Positions 15,385 through 25,239 of a DNA stretch of 32,000 nucleotides are shown here, one piece after another. Made by a program: the position numbers and the translations under genes. The stretch lies in contig JBBDNN010000081.1 of the NCBI GenBank assembly GCA_040877545.1, positions 1 through 32,000 on the forward strand, in the 5' to 3' direction. Position 1 is the stretch's first letter. Each line of letters begins with the position of its first letter. The notes below the pieces were generated by a model that ran no database searches, had not been told where the DNA came from, and saw nothing but the letters and a program-made list of their open reading frames with translations. The DNA is from Balneolaceae bacterium (GTDB lineage: Bacteria > Bacteroidota > Rhodothermia > Balneolales > Balneolaceae).

Positions 15385-16500
15385 TTAATATACAGCTACA
15401 GTTTTATTATCCGGCTCAATGATGTTCAGCCGCATGCCATCATTCAAAAAGGCCGACCCTGTGGTTATCAGGTTATCTCCAAAATCCAGGCCATCCCTGA
15501 TTATCACATTCGATTGATAGTTAGGCCCTAATGTGACCACCCGTCTTTCGGCGACTGCTTTTCCCTGTTCATTTTCGGCTACTACATAAGTCACAAATTC
15601 ATTGTTCTCGTTATAAATGAATTCTTCGCTTACAATTATCACTTCTTCTTCGGTGAGTGTATTCAACCGAAGGTTTGCAATCATGTCTACTTTATAGCGA
15701 TTTCTTTGCCCGGGCAGCAATACTTCTATTCTAAAGGTTCTGTTTTGGGAGGTAATGCTGCCAGCCACATAAGTAATTTGACCGGTAAGGGTATCTCTTC
15801 TTTGCGCATCGAACCAAACTTTTACTTCATCATTTAGCTGAATTACATCCGCATACCGTGCCGGAATACCGGCAGAAACGATGAATTTTTCTGAGCCGAT
15901 CAGCCGCACTACTTCCACACCCGGTGACGCCATCTCGCCTTCTTCAAGCACAAGGTTTTCTACCTTTCCCGCAAAAGGTGCGGTAATGGTTGTATTCTGT
16001 AAATCAATATTTATTGATTCCAGAGATGACTGACTCTGCTCATAATTATACCTGGCATTCAGGTAATCCATTTCAGAGCCAATCGATTCTTCCTCATAAA
16101 TACGCTGAAGGCGCTCATAATTTTCTCTAGCCTGGGCAGTAATTGCTTCCAGCCGGGCTTTTTCCTGCAGCAGTTTAGCATCATCTATTTTCATGATGGC
16201 CTGCCCTTTGGCCATTGTTTCTCCCACATCCACATAATGCTCAACAACTCTTCCACTTACTTCAGAGGAAATCATGATATCGTCAGAGGTTTCTACATTT
16301 CCAACCACACGTACATGGCTCTCAAATGTTTGTGGGGTGATGGTTTCAGTTTCAACATTTACTGTTTTCGTCAACTCTTCATCACCAGAGGAATTCTCTT
16401 CGACTCCCGAACAAGCTGCTATAAGCATTGTGAGGGTTACAATTACTAGTAGGTTTAACTTTTTCATTTGTTGCCTGTTTAACATGTTCATTAAAATCAT
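15385..16500 (-). CDS. RND efflux periplasmic adaptor (membrane fusion protein, HlyD family) lipoprotein
   Basis: Lipobox LIAAC, a coiled-coil hairpin region and APFAGKV (lipoyl-like motif). The start overlaps the tolC-family stop in ATGA. Confidence 0.9.
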   Translation of the reverse strand: MILMNMLNRQQMKKLNLLVIVTLTMLIAACSGVEENSSGDEELTKTVNVETETITPQTFESHVRVVGNVETSDDIMISSEVSGRVVEHYVDVGETMAKGQAIMKIDDAKLLQEKARLEAITAQARENYERLQRIYEEESIGSEMDYLNARYNYEQSQSSLESINIDLQNTTITAPFAGKVENLVLEEGEMASPGVEVVRLIGSEKFIVSAGIPARYADVIQLNDEVKVWFDAQRRDTLTGQITYVAGSITSQNRTFRIEVLLPGQRNRYKVDMIANLRLNTLTEEEVIIVSEEFIYNENNEFVTYVVAENEQGKAVAERRVVTLGPNYQSNVIIRDGLDFGDNLITTGSAFLNDGMRLNIIEPDNKTVAVY

Positions 16501-17999
16501 TCTAAAATCTCCATCTCTTCAATTTCGGTATCTACAAAGGGCACTTTACCGGTAGCCAGATCGAATTCAGCTTTGGCGCTCAGGTATTCAAAAACCATGA
16601 GCGTATAATTATTTTCAGCTTCTCGAACCTGCACTTCGGCATCGGTTACTTCTATTTGAGATCCAAGGCCGGTTTCCAGTCTTCGGAGAGCACGTTGATA
16701 TCCTTGCCGGGCTTGTCGCAAAGCTTGTTTACGAGCCCCGGCTGTTTCAAAAGCTTTATTCAGATCTTCCCGCGCAGATTCTATCTCATTTTCTGCCGAA
16801 AGCTGTGTCAGTCTTTTTTGCTCTTCAATATCTTTTCGTTCAATCTGTGCTCTTTGTACATCTGCTACTCGCCGGAATCCTTCGAAAATCGGCAGGTTTA
16901 CATTTACAGCAATAGTTTGAAACCTATTCGGTGCAGTATTTGGCTCAGGATTTTGAAAAAAGTTGGGCATTCCCGGTTCCGCAGCACTCCATTGCAGATT
17001 GTAAGTAGCTGTAACCGTTGGCAAAAACCTGCTTTCTATGGCTAATATTTCTTTGTCCTTTAATTCCAGATTCGCACCAAGTACACGTAAATCACCCCGG
17101 CTTTGTGTTAATTCCAGTGATTCTATTTCCACTGCCTGGTAGGAGTAGGGGTTCATCTGATCAATGCGCTGAATGTGGTCGTTTTCTTCTGATCCGCCTC
17201 TGTCTTCAGCCACAATATCAAATTCATTCAAATTACCCTTCACTTCAAAATCCAGGGAAAGAGGCACACCAAGAGCTATTTTCAGATTTCGATATGCTTC
17301 GTTTACCGCATAACGTGCATCTATTAACTGTGGGCGTTGGTTACTCAATTGTACTTCAAGCTGAAGTACAGCGTATTCATCAATGATACCAGCCCGCGCC
17401 CGCGCCCTGTTTTCGCGTAAATTTTCTTCAAGCCGATTGATTTGTGCTTCCTGCAACAGCACCTGTTCCCTGGCAACCAATACCTGGTAATAAGCTATTC
17501 TGGTTTGAGTGATTACCTGTTGAGTGGTCGCCCGTAAATTTTCTTGCTGTACCGTTTTAAAAACAGTAGAAGTACTTAAACCCACAAGAACTTCTCCGGT
17601 GAAAATATTCTGGTTTACCGTGAAACCACCCTGCCAATTATTATCCGTTCCAAAAGGAATGGGCACCAAGGTTCCTTCATCGGCATCAGGATCAAATATT
17701 TGTGCCGGCAAATAACTAACCGGTATCTCCATGTTTCTTGTATAACCCATAGAAGAAGTGATATTGGGGAATACGTCGCTATAGGCAATTTTCACTAACT
17801 GGTCAGCATCTTCTACAGAATATAAAGCCCTGTTTACCTGCGGATTATTTGCAACGGAAACCTGGATAGCTTCTTCCAGTGTTAGCTCCATATTTTGTAG
17901 CAACTCTTCTTTTTCCACCTGGGCTTGTAATCCTGCACTGAATATATAAAGGAGTACCGGAGTTACGCTGAACAAGCGTTTCATCAAAATAAAGTTCAT
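16497..17999 (-). CDS. TolC-family outer membrane efflux protein
   Basis: 500 aa with a signal peptide and two repeated halves of OEP-type coiled helices. It sits in an operon with the MFP and RND genes. Confidence 0.85.
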   Translation of the reverse strand: MNFILMKRLFSVTPVLLYIFSAGLQAQVEKEELLQNMELTLEEAIQVSVANNPQVNRALYSVEDADQLVKIAYSDVFPNITSSMGYTRNMEIPVSYLPAQIFDPDADEGTLVPIPFGTDNNWQGGFTVNQNIFTGEVLVGLSTSTVFKTVQQENLRATTQQVITQTRIAYYQVLVAREQVLLQEAQINRLEENLRENRARARAGIIDEYAVLQLEVQLSNQRPQLIDARYAVNEAYRNLKIALGVPLSLDFEVKGNLNEFDIVAEDRGGSEENDHIQRIDQMNPYSYQAVEIESLELTQSRGDLRVLGANLELKDKEILAIESRFLPTVTATYNLQWSAAEPGMPNFFQNPEPNTAPNRFQTIAVNVNLPIFEGFRRVADVQRAQIERKDIEEQKRLTQLSAENEIESAREDLNKAFETAGARKQALRQARQGYQRALRRLETGLGSQIEVTDAEVQVREAENNYTLMVFEYLSAKAEFDLATGKVPFVDTEIEEMEILE

Positions 18000-18073
18000 G
18001 TTTAGGCTATTGAAAATATTTTAGGATTTTGGCCGGCGCTTTCTACGCCCATTATAAAAATGTGTTTCAAAAA

Positions 18074-18088
18074 ATGAACGTTAGTCAT
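18074..18088. promoter_or_regulatory. Candidate TetR operator upstream of the tolC-MFP-RND operon
   Basis: ATGAACGTTAGTCAT matches the perfect palindrome at 18765-18779 at 11 of 15 positions, including the ATGA....AGTCAT ends. It lies 75-89 nt upstream of the tolC-family start. Confidence 0.4.
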
Positions 18089-18094
18089 ATTTGC

Positions 18095-18763
18095 TTACTC
18101 TGATATTTCTTTATCTGTTGCTATTCCACAACCAATCAGTTTCATGTAATTTTCAAAAAGTGAATTTACATCGATATTATGTTGCTCCAGTAGGTTAAAG
18201 TTTGACTCCTTTTGGTCCATTTGAACTAAATTGATCAAGCCTTGGGAAGTAGCCCACAGTAAAACAGCAAGCTCTTTGGGATCATAACCGGAATTAATAG
18301 AGCCATCCTGCATTCCAATCTGAATAGCCCGAATCATACTGGTAAAAGAAGTTTCTTTATTAACCTGACACAAATTAACATATTCGCTCTCGCTAAGTTC
18401 CCCTGTATCTTTGAGGTTATCAAAAAATCGCATGGCCCGAAAATGCTCTGGATGAGACCGGGCAAACTCCAAAAATGTGGACCCGATATTGTAGATCATT
18501 TCAAGGCCGGAAAGATCTTTAGTGAGCACTTTAGCAATGTCATTAGAGAGCATTCCCGAAGCCTTATTACAAATTCCCAATACAAGATCAGTTTTGTTCC
18601 TGAAATACAGGTACAAAGAGCCCTTGCTCACCTCTGCCCGTTCCGCCACTTCATCCATATTCAAGTGATCCAGGCCTTTTTCCAAAATGACTGATTCAGC
18701 CGCCTCCAGAATAAGAGCACGCTTCTTCTCCTTTTCCCGTTCTTTTCGTTCTGATGTTCCCAT
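18095..18763 (-). CDS. TetR/AcrR-family transcriptional regulator
   Basis: N-terminal HTH: IL.AA....LEKG....NMDEVAERAEVSKGSLYLYF.NK.DL. It lies immediately upstream of the efflux operon, in the same orientation. Confidence 0.9.
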   Translation of the reverse strand: MGTSERKEREKEKKRALILEAAESVILEKGLDHLNMDEVAERAEVSKGSLYLYFRNKTDLVLGICNKASGMLSNDIAKVLTKDLSGLEMIYNIGSTFLEFARSHPEHFRAMRFFDNLKDTGELSESEYVNLCQVNKETSFTSMIRAIQIGMQDGSINSGYDPKELAVLLWATSQGLINLVQMDQKESNFNLLEQHNIDVNSLFENYMKLIGCGIATDKEISE

Positions 18764-18764
18764 T

Positions 18765-18779
18765 ATGACTTTCAGTCAT
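18765..18779. promoter_or_regulatory. Candidate TetR autoregulatory operator (perfect 6-3-6 palindrome)
   Basis: ATGACTttcAGTCAT begins 2 nt upstream of the tetR start codon (18761-18763 on the minus strand). Confidence 0.45.
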
Positions 18780-18946
18780 TTTTTGAATTTAAGTCAGAAG
18801 GTACACTTTTTTAAATATTAATCCACTTTTTTTAGGAACCATTCTCCTCTGGATTTTAGACTGCCAGCACGTGAAGAATTCTCAGATTCCAATTCGGTTT
18901 AAAAACCATTTCCCCTTACCTTTGGCCTCACTAATTTCCGAATATT

Positions 18947-19843
18947 TTGAACCGAACTTATCTCATTGATCTCAGCTTGATTTTTGTCGCAATCATCTGG
19001 GCTTTAAATTTCAGCATTGTAAAGGTTTCCCTTCGGGAAATTGACCCCTATAGTTTTAACGCACTTCGGTTTATTTTTGCCACAGCCTTTTTATGGTTTG
19101 CCGCACATAAAAGAGGGTATAGCTTAAAGGTAAAGAAAGAACATTTTTGGAAGCTGGTAGGAATTGGCATAATTGGCAACCTGTTCTACCAGATGTTATT
19201 TATCATTGGGGTGAATTATACTTTGGCTGCCAACGCTGCTGTAATGTTGGGCACTATTCCTATCTGGGTAGCCCTGCTCTCTCAATTTTTCACGGATGAA
19301 AAACTCACCACGTTTAAAACCATTGGTGTATTTCTGGCTTTTGCGGGAGTTACGCTTATTATAATCGGTGGAAATAATCCTCTTTCTTTCGAGTCAGATA
19401 CATTTCTAGGGAATATCATCACACTTTTAGCTGCCTTATGCTGGGCCACTTTCACAATTCTTTCCAGAAAATACCTTAAAATTTACAGCCCTCTGCAATA
19501 TTCAGCTTTTATGTCGGTTGTTGGATTGATAACTTTACTGTTGGTAGGTTTGCCATTCATGATACAACTGGAATGGTCTTCTATCACAATGGTAGGATTT
19601 GGCGGAGTATTTTATAGTGGTGCACTCTCGGTGGGATTAGCGTACATTATCTGGAATAACGGAGTCAAAAAAATTGGGGCCGTTCGTACAGCAGCTTATC
19701 AGAACCTTGTTCCGGTGCTTGGCCTTATCTTTGGACTGGTTTTATTAGGTGAAGAACTCACACTTCTTCAATATATTGGAGCGGCTTTAGTGATAGCTGG
19801 CATTATAATAGCCCGGATGAAAAGTAACCGGGTTTCTAAATAA
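18947..19843 (+). CDS. DMT-superfamily (EamA) transporter
   Basis: 298 aa with 10 predicted helices in two EamA repeats (IIWALNF..VK, and ALVIAGI at the C-terminus). Putative TTG start. Confidence 0.8.
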   Translation: MNRTYLIDLSLIFVAIIWALNFSIVKVSLREIDPYSFNALRFIFATAFLWFAAHKRGYSLKVKKEHFWKLVGIGIIGNLFYQMLFIIGVNYTLAANAAVMLGTIPIWVALLSQFFTDEKLTTFKTIGVFLAFAGVTLIIIGGNNPLSFESDTFLGNIITLLAALCWATFTILSRKYLKIYSPLQYSAFMSVVGLITLLLVGLPFMIQLEWSSITMVGFGGVFYSGALSVGLAYIIWNNGVKKIGAVRTAAYQNLVPVLGLIFGLVLLGEELTLLQYIGAALVIAGIIIARMKSNRVSK

Positions 19844-19853
19844 TTTTTAAAAA

Positions 19854-21572
19854 TTGAAAATGAATATCATTAGAGTATTATTTCCTTTTCTGTTAATCGT
19901 ATTGTTTATTTCTCCCAATAATTTGGTAGCACAACAAGAAAGTCAACCTGGTACAGGATTTAACTTTCAGTTCAATTCTGCCCTGGAAGGGTATTATTAT
20001 CAAGATGCTTTAGGCTCTATAATTGGGGATCAAATATATACTTCCGACGGTGTAGTTGATAAAAATACCTATCAGCTTGGCCCAAACGATTTAATTACCG
20101 TTGGAATTGAGGCTAGTGAAAATATTGTGTTGAGGGCATTAGTAGTCAATCCCCAGGGAGATATTATTATTCCCATGCTGGGCTCTGTGAATGTAGCCAA
20201 CCAAACAATTGCCGAGGCGCAAGAGACAATCAATGAAGCGGCTAAAGAAGTTTTCAGAAATCCCAATTCCACCATTACGTTAGAACGAGCCCGCCCTTTA
20301 ACAGTGTATGTATCGGGAAGTGTTCCTTCCCCCGGGAAACATATGGCACCTCCATTTTCGCGGGTTGATGTAGCCATTTATGGCTCTATTTACAAAGTGG
20401 ACCGCCCCAGTTCGGTTAGTAATTTACGAGCTGCAAATAATACTATTGATTTATTGGACGCCGGACCTCTTTCATTCAGAAATATTTTAATTACACATGC
20501 AGACGGTTCTACAGACATCGCAGATCTTGTTGCCTATTTCAAAGCCGGCCGGGTTGATAAAAACCCTGTAGTAAAGCATGGAGACCGAATATCTATTAAA
20601 AGACTTTCTAATGACAGCCCGCGTGTAAGCATCTCTGGTGCTATTAATGAGGAATTCGAACTTGAATATTCAGAAACCGACTCTCCATCACTTTTAGTTG
20701 ATATTGCCGGTGGCTATAAACCCGAAGCAGATACAAGCAGGTTATTTTTATACCGGCATGAAGCTGGCCAGACAGAAAAAATAGAAATAGCCAAAAGCGA
20801 CTGGAACTCACTCAAGATAAAGCCAAATGACCGCATTGTTATTCCCGTCAACAGGCAATTAAATCCTTCAACCTCTGCCTGGGTGTACGGAGAAGTAGAA
20901 ATACCTGGTAATTTCCCAATACAAAATGGTGAAACCACCGCATTCGATTTATTAAATTTATCCGGAGACTTGACTAATAACGCCCTACCATCCGCGGCCT
21001 ATTTAGTAAGGGCGGGAACTTTAGAAAATGAGATTCCCAATAAATTCAATGCTGATTTAATGAAAAGAACCTCAGATCAGGTTGCCCAGGGATTTGAATA
21101 TCTCGACCTGGAAACAAGACTGAGCCAGAATAAGGTTTTCATAGACCTTACAGATGATGAGCAATTGAAAGGAGTGAGTATTTATGACGGAGATCGTTTG
21201 TATGTTCCAAGAAATGAAGAAACTATCTTTGTTTTTGGGCAAATCAACAATCCGGGTTATTATCCATTTTCGGGAAATCCACAATCGGTTTACAACTATA
21301 TTGACCGCGCCGGCGGCTTTGCCCTCGCTGCCAACAGAGAACGCATTTTCATTATTAAAGCCGGAAGCGGAACCTGGTACCGCCCGGATGAAACGACCTT
21401 AGAATCGGGGGATAGAATTTTCATCGATCGAAATCCTTATGATGAACTGAATGCGCAACGAACCTATGAGGTACAACGCCAGCAGCTAAAAAATACCCGA
21501 ATTCAATTAATAATGACGGGTATTACAACTATAACGGGAATTATAACAACCTATGTTGCTATAACCCGGTAA
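19854..21572 (+). CDS. Polysaccharide biosynthesis/export protein (Wza-like; Poly_export plus SLBB repeats, C-terminal TM helix)
   Basis: YQLGPNDLITV....P.G.I..P.LG.V.V...T..E is the Poly_export motif. Repeated GD.I.IP / GDRI.I SLBB-like units follow. The likely true start is the ATG at 19860. Confidence 0.8.
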   Translation: MKMNIIRVLFPFLLIVLFISPNNLVAQQESQPGTGFNFQFNSALEGYYYQDALGSIIGDQIYTSDGVVDKNTYQLGPNDLITVGIEASENIVLRALVVNPQGDIIIPMLGSVNVANQTIAEAQETINEAAKEVFRNPNSTITLERARPLTVYVSGSVPSPGKHMAPPFSRVDVAIYGSIYKVDRPSSVSNLRAANNTIDLLDAGPLSFRNILITHADGSTDIADLVAYFKAGRVDKNPVVKHGDRISIKRLSNDSPRVSISGAINEEFELEYSETDSPSLLVDIAGGYKPEADTSRLFLYRHEAGQTEKIEIAKSDWNSLKIKPNDRIVIPVNRQLNPSTSAWVYGEVEIPGNFPIQNGETTAFDLLNLSGDLTNNALPSAAYLVRAGTLENEIPNKFNADLMKRTSDQVAQGFEYLDLETRLSQNKVFIDLTDDEQLKGVSIYDGDRLYVPRNEETIFVFGQINNPGYYPFSGNPQSVYNYIDRAGGFALAANRERIFIIKAGSGTWYRPDETTLESGDRIFIDRNPYDELNAQRTYEVQRQQLKNTRIQLIMTGITTITGIITTYVAITR

Positions 21573-21607
21573 ATGATTTTTATCCTTTTCCATAACATAT
21601 TTCATTA

Positions 21608-22735
21608 ATGAACGAACAAAACAACAACGAATCAGAAACTAATTTTTTATTTTTTTTGAGGCTGGTTATCTCCAACTGGAAATTTTTACTAGCCACGTAT
21701 CTCACCGTCGGAATTGTAACTGTCACCATTTTAATGTTGATTCCGAAACATTATAAAAGTGAAGCAACCATTGTTATTATGGAGGAAAGCACTTCTTCTT
21801 TAACCGGGGTACTTTCTGAATTCTCCTCATTAGGTTTAGGCTTTGGAACAGGAGGTCAGATTGAGACTTATATAGGGTATCTGCATACTAAAAAAATGTA
21901 CGATCGGCTGATTGAAGAATTTAATCTTTTTGAAGAATATGAAGCCACCTACCGGGAAGATGTATATGAAATTATTTTTGCAAATTTAGGTGCCACAGAT
22001 AATGAAAATAAAACGTTTTCTATTTCTTATACATACGAGGAAGATCCGGAAAAAGCAGCGGAAATCGTTTCATTTTTATATAAGGAATTAGATAAAATTG
22101 CCCTTGAAGTTGATAAAGCGCAAGCATCCAATTTCCGGACTTATGTAGAAAACTACTATCAGGATGTAAGGAGTAGCTTGAGGAAAAATGAAGATTCTTT
22201 AAGTCGCTTTCAAGCCAGGACAGGGTTATTTGATCTCGAAACACAGGTTGAGGTTACCATCTCAAGTTTAGCTGAACTGGAAAAGAGAAAAATAGGCTTG
22301 GAAATTGAGCAGAATTATATGGACCAGGCTTTCCAAAGCTCCTCACGAAGCCGTGAGATAGACAACCAGGTTTCAGCAATTTCAAATAAAATTAATTCTC
22401 TAAAGAAAAATCAAAGCCTTACACTTCTTGCCTTAGATGAGGTACCCATTGAAGGAGTCAACTTTTTGCGGCTTCAAAGAGATATTTTGGTAGGAGAAAA
22501 AGTAGCTGAATTCCTGCGTTTGCAATATGAACAGGCTCTACTTGATGAACAGAAAATAAATTCCAATTTATATTTAGTTGATCCACCTAAAGTTGCGCAG
22601 AAAAAATTTAAGCCACAGCGGACAAAAATATTATTTATAGCGATGTTTTTTACGATAACACTATCACTAATCCTGATAAGGGTTAAAGAATATTACCGGG
22701 CAAATAGAAAGAGTATCCATTCTTTATTCTCTTGA
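21608..22735 (+). CDS. Wzz-type polysaccharide chain-length determinant / co-polymerase (no fused tyrosine-kinase domain)
   Basis: An N-terminal TM helix followed by P..Y.SEATI, a long coiled periplasmic region, and a C-terminal TM helix (ILFIAMFFTITLSLILI). Confidence 0.7.
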   Translation: MNEQNNNESETNFLFFLRLVISNWKFLLATYLTVGIVTVTILMLIPKHYKSEATIVIMEESTSSLTGVLSEFSSLGLGFGTGGQIETYIGYLHTKKMYDRLIEEFNLFEEYEATYREDVYEIIFANLGATDNENKTFSISYTYEEDPEKAAEIVSFLYKELDKIALEVDKAQASNFRTYVENYYQDVRSSLRKNEDSLSRFQARTGLFDLETQVEVTISSLAELEKRKIGLEIEQNYMDQAFQSSSRSREIDNQVSAISNKINSLKKNQSLTLLALDEVPIEGVNFLRLQRDILVGEKVAEFLRLQYEQALLDEQKINSNLYLVDPPKVAQKKFKPQRTKILFIAMFFTITLSLILIRVKEYYRANRKSIHSLFS

Positions 22736-22738
22736 AAT

Positions 22739-23974
22739 TTGGTAAAAAAGATATATACATACTTTCCACTCTTCCTTTTTTCGGGAGTATGGTGCTTGGT
22801 AGTCATCTTTTCTTCATTAAACTGGTACAATATTCATTCAGTAGCTACTGATACTTGGATTTTATTAGGGTCTGGTTTATATGCCTTTATAAGTGGTTAT
22901 TTAATATTTACATTTTTCGATTCCGATTTTGCCGACCTCACTTTGAAAAGAAAAAAGGTCCAGTTAGATGAAGTACTGATTGCAAAAACCATTGTTGTAA
23001 TGTGTTTATTTTCCTTTTTCGGAACATATTTAGTAATGGATGCTTTAGGGAATATCGCCGGAAATGGAATATCTACATATTTTAGTAAACCTATTGATAT
23101 TCGAAGAGCATATGTGGAAATACAAAGTAATCCTTTAGTACCCGCACCTCTTTCTTATAAGCTGGGCAGCTATTTAATTAATTTTTGCTTTGTTGCAAAT
23201 TTGCTTGGTGGGGCCTTACTAACATCTACTCGAAAAATTAAATGGATTGGCCTGCTTCCCTTATTTTCTGCCTTTTTAACTTCTATTTCAATTTTTGGAA
23301 GATTTGGTATCATTTCAAGCTTAGCTTTCCTTTTTCTGAGCTATTTAATTATTAGCTTTTTTAAGCCTGATAGTGAAAGAGTTCGGTTAATAAAAAATCT
23401 CAGTGTTACGGCCGTTTTAGTTGTTTTCGGGCTCTATTTTCTCTTTTACTATATAGTATTAGCCCGATATTCAATCGCTTTAGATTTGCAGGAATATTTT
23501 AATAAAACCATATATTTCTATTTCTCTGGAGGCGTTTCTGCTTTAGATGACTTTTTGAAAACAAATTTCACCCATTCATATGGAACATCCAGTTTTAGGA
23601 GTTTTTTTAAGTGGTTAGCGCGTTTTGGATTATGGCCTAGTGAGAATATCAACTCCAGTTATGATAGCTTTACAAAAGTAAGTCCCTCACTATCCATCAA
23701 CACGTACACCTACATCCGTTCGCTTTACATTGATTTTGGAATAACTGGTGTCGTCTTTTTTAGCTTTGCATGGGGAGCAGGAGTTAAAATTCTTCTTAAA
23801 AAAGTTTATTCAAACTTCAATATTCTTTATCTCTACTTTGCCATTATACTTATCTATAGTTCTCTAATGACCTTTTATTCTTTTTATTTTGAATCAATTT
23901 CTTTGGTAATTTTTTGGATGATTCCTCTAATATTGTTTCACGGACATTTTAAGAAATGTTTTAAAACAGTTTGA
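22739..23974 (+). CDS. Wzy-like oligosaccharide repeat-unit polymerase (polytopic membrane protein)
   Basis: 411 aa with about 10-12 hydrophobic helices and very low sequence complexity. The call rests on its position between wzz-like and wzx genes, with no diagnostic motif. Start codon uncertain (TTG). Confidence 0.5.
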   Translation: MVKKIYTYFPLFLFSGVWCLVVIFSSLNWYNIHSVATDTWILLGSGLYAFISGYLIFTFFDSDFADLTLKRKKVQLDEVLIAKTIVVMCLFSFFGTYLVMDALGNIAGNGISTYFSKPIDIRRAYVEIQSNPLVPAPLSYKLGSYLINFCFVANLLGGALLTSTRKIKWIGLLPLFSAFLTSISIFGRFGIISSLAFLFLSYLIISFFKPDSERVRLIKNLSVTAVLVVFGLYFLFYYIVLARYSIALDLQEYFNKTIYFYFSGGVSALDDFLKTNFTHSYGTSSFRSFFKWLARFGLWPSENINSSYDSFTKVSPSLSINTYTYIRSLYIDFGITGVVFFSFAWGAGVKILLKKVYSNFNILYLYFAIILIYSSLMTFYSFYFESISLVIFWMIPLILFHGHFKKCFKTV

Positions 23975-25239
23975 ACTTCTCAAATAATATAAAATCTTAC
24001 TTTATAAATGTTGCAACTCTTTCAAGTGGGACAATTCTTGCAAATTTAATTACCATTGTTGCAACCTTATTTCTGACTAGATTATTTACTCCTCAGGAAA
24101 TTGGCTATCTCACCTTTTTCAATTCCTCCGCTATTGTTCTTGCTAATATTTTTACTTTGGGCTACGAATTTGCCATAGTCACTCCAAAGAAATCCAGAGT
24201 TGCTTTACACCTTACTCTTGGTGCTTCAGCCCTCCTCTTTTTCTTCTCAATAATCTTGTCAGTACTAGTCCTTCTTATTCTACTATTAAATGTAGAACCT
24301 GATATTGGCTTGCCTGTAAACTGGTTTATTTTTCTTCCTTTTGCTGTTCTCATATTGGGATTCATAAACATTTCACAAGAGTGGTTTACACGAACCGAAC
24401 AGTATAAGTTGCTATCAGTAACCAAAACACTCCAATCTCTGGCAACTGCTATTCCTCAGATCTTAATCGGCTATTATTTTCTGAATAGTATTGGATTAGT
24501 TATTGGTTACATAGTAGGAAGAGCTACATCATCTATTGTTTATGTGTGGAAATTTATTCAGAACAAGCTTACTGATATTGCCACAAGAAAATCCATTTTT
24601 TCTACTTTGAAAGAGTACAAAAGATATCCGAAATATATTTCACCAACGATAATTATAGATCGATTATCATTAGAGGCACCTTATTTTCTAATATCTTTTT
24701 TGTTTGGAGAGTCTGCCCTTGGATTTTTTGCAATCTCTTATCGTGTTTTGAGTGTGCCCATGACTTTCATCGGTTCCGCAGTTGGACAAGTATTCTTTAA
24801 ATTTCTTGCAAGAAAAAAAAATAAAGCCATTCAATTAAGCCCTGCATTAATTAAAACATGGTTAGCACTTTCCATCATCGGAATTCTTCCTATAGTTGTA
24901 ATTTTAGTTGGTGGTGCAGATTTATTCCAAATCGTGTTTGGTGAAGAGTGGGGGTTTTCAGGAACTCTGGCAATTTTATTAGTGCCGATGCTATATCTGG
25001 ATTTTATTTCTTCACCAACCGGCCGATCTTTTCTGGTTTTAAATCTTGAACATTATTCTCCGGTTTTTTCCTTTGCCCGAATCACCTATGTGTGTGGAAG
25101 TATCATAGTAGGTTACTATTTTGGAAATATATTATTGGCTGTTTTATTGCTCTCTCTTTCCAGAGCCTTAGCATTAATCATTCAAAATGGCATATTGTTT
25201 CTAAAAGCAAAACAACATGATGCAAAATTAACTCTATAA
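23971..25239 (+). CDS. Wzx-type oligosaccharide flippase (MOP superfamily)
   Basis: 422 aa. N-terminal SSGTILANLI....TLFLTRLFTP.EIGYL.......I......LGYE.AI is typical of polysaccharide flippases. About 12 TM helices. Confidence 0.7.
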   Translation: MNFSNNIKSYFINVATLSSGTILANLITIVATLFLTRLFTPQEIGYLTFFNSSAIVLANIFTLGYEFAIVTPKKSRVALHLTLGASALLFFFSIILSVLVLLILLLNVEPDIGLPVNWFIFLPFAVLILGFINISQEWFTRTEQYKLLSVTKTLQSLATAIPQILIGYYFLNSIGLVIGYIVGRATSSIVYVWKFIQNKLTDIATRKSIFSTLKEYKRYPKYISPTIIIDRLSLEAPYFLISFLFGESALGFFAISYRVLSVPMTFIGSAVGQVFFKFLARKKNKAIQLSPALIKTWLALSIIGILPIVVILVGGADLFQIVFGEEWGFSGTLAILLVPMLYLDFISSPTGRSFLVLNLEHYSPVFSFARITYVCGSIIVGYYFGNILLAVLLLSLSRALALIIQNGILFLKAKQHDAKLTL

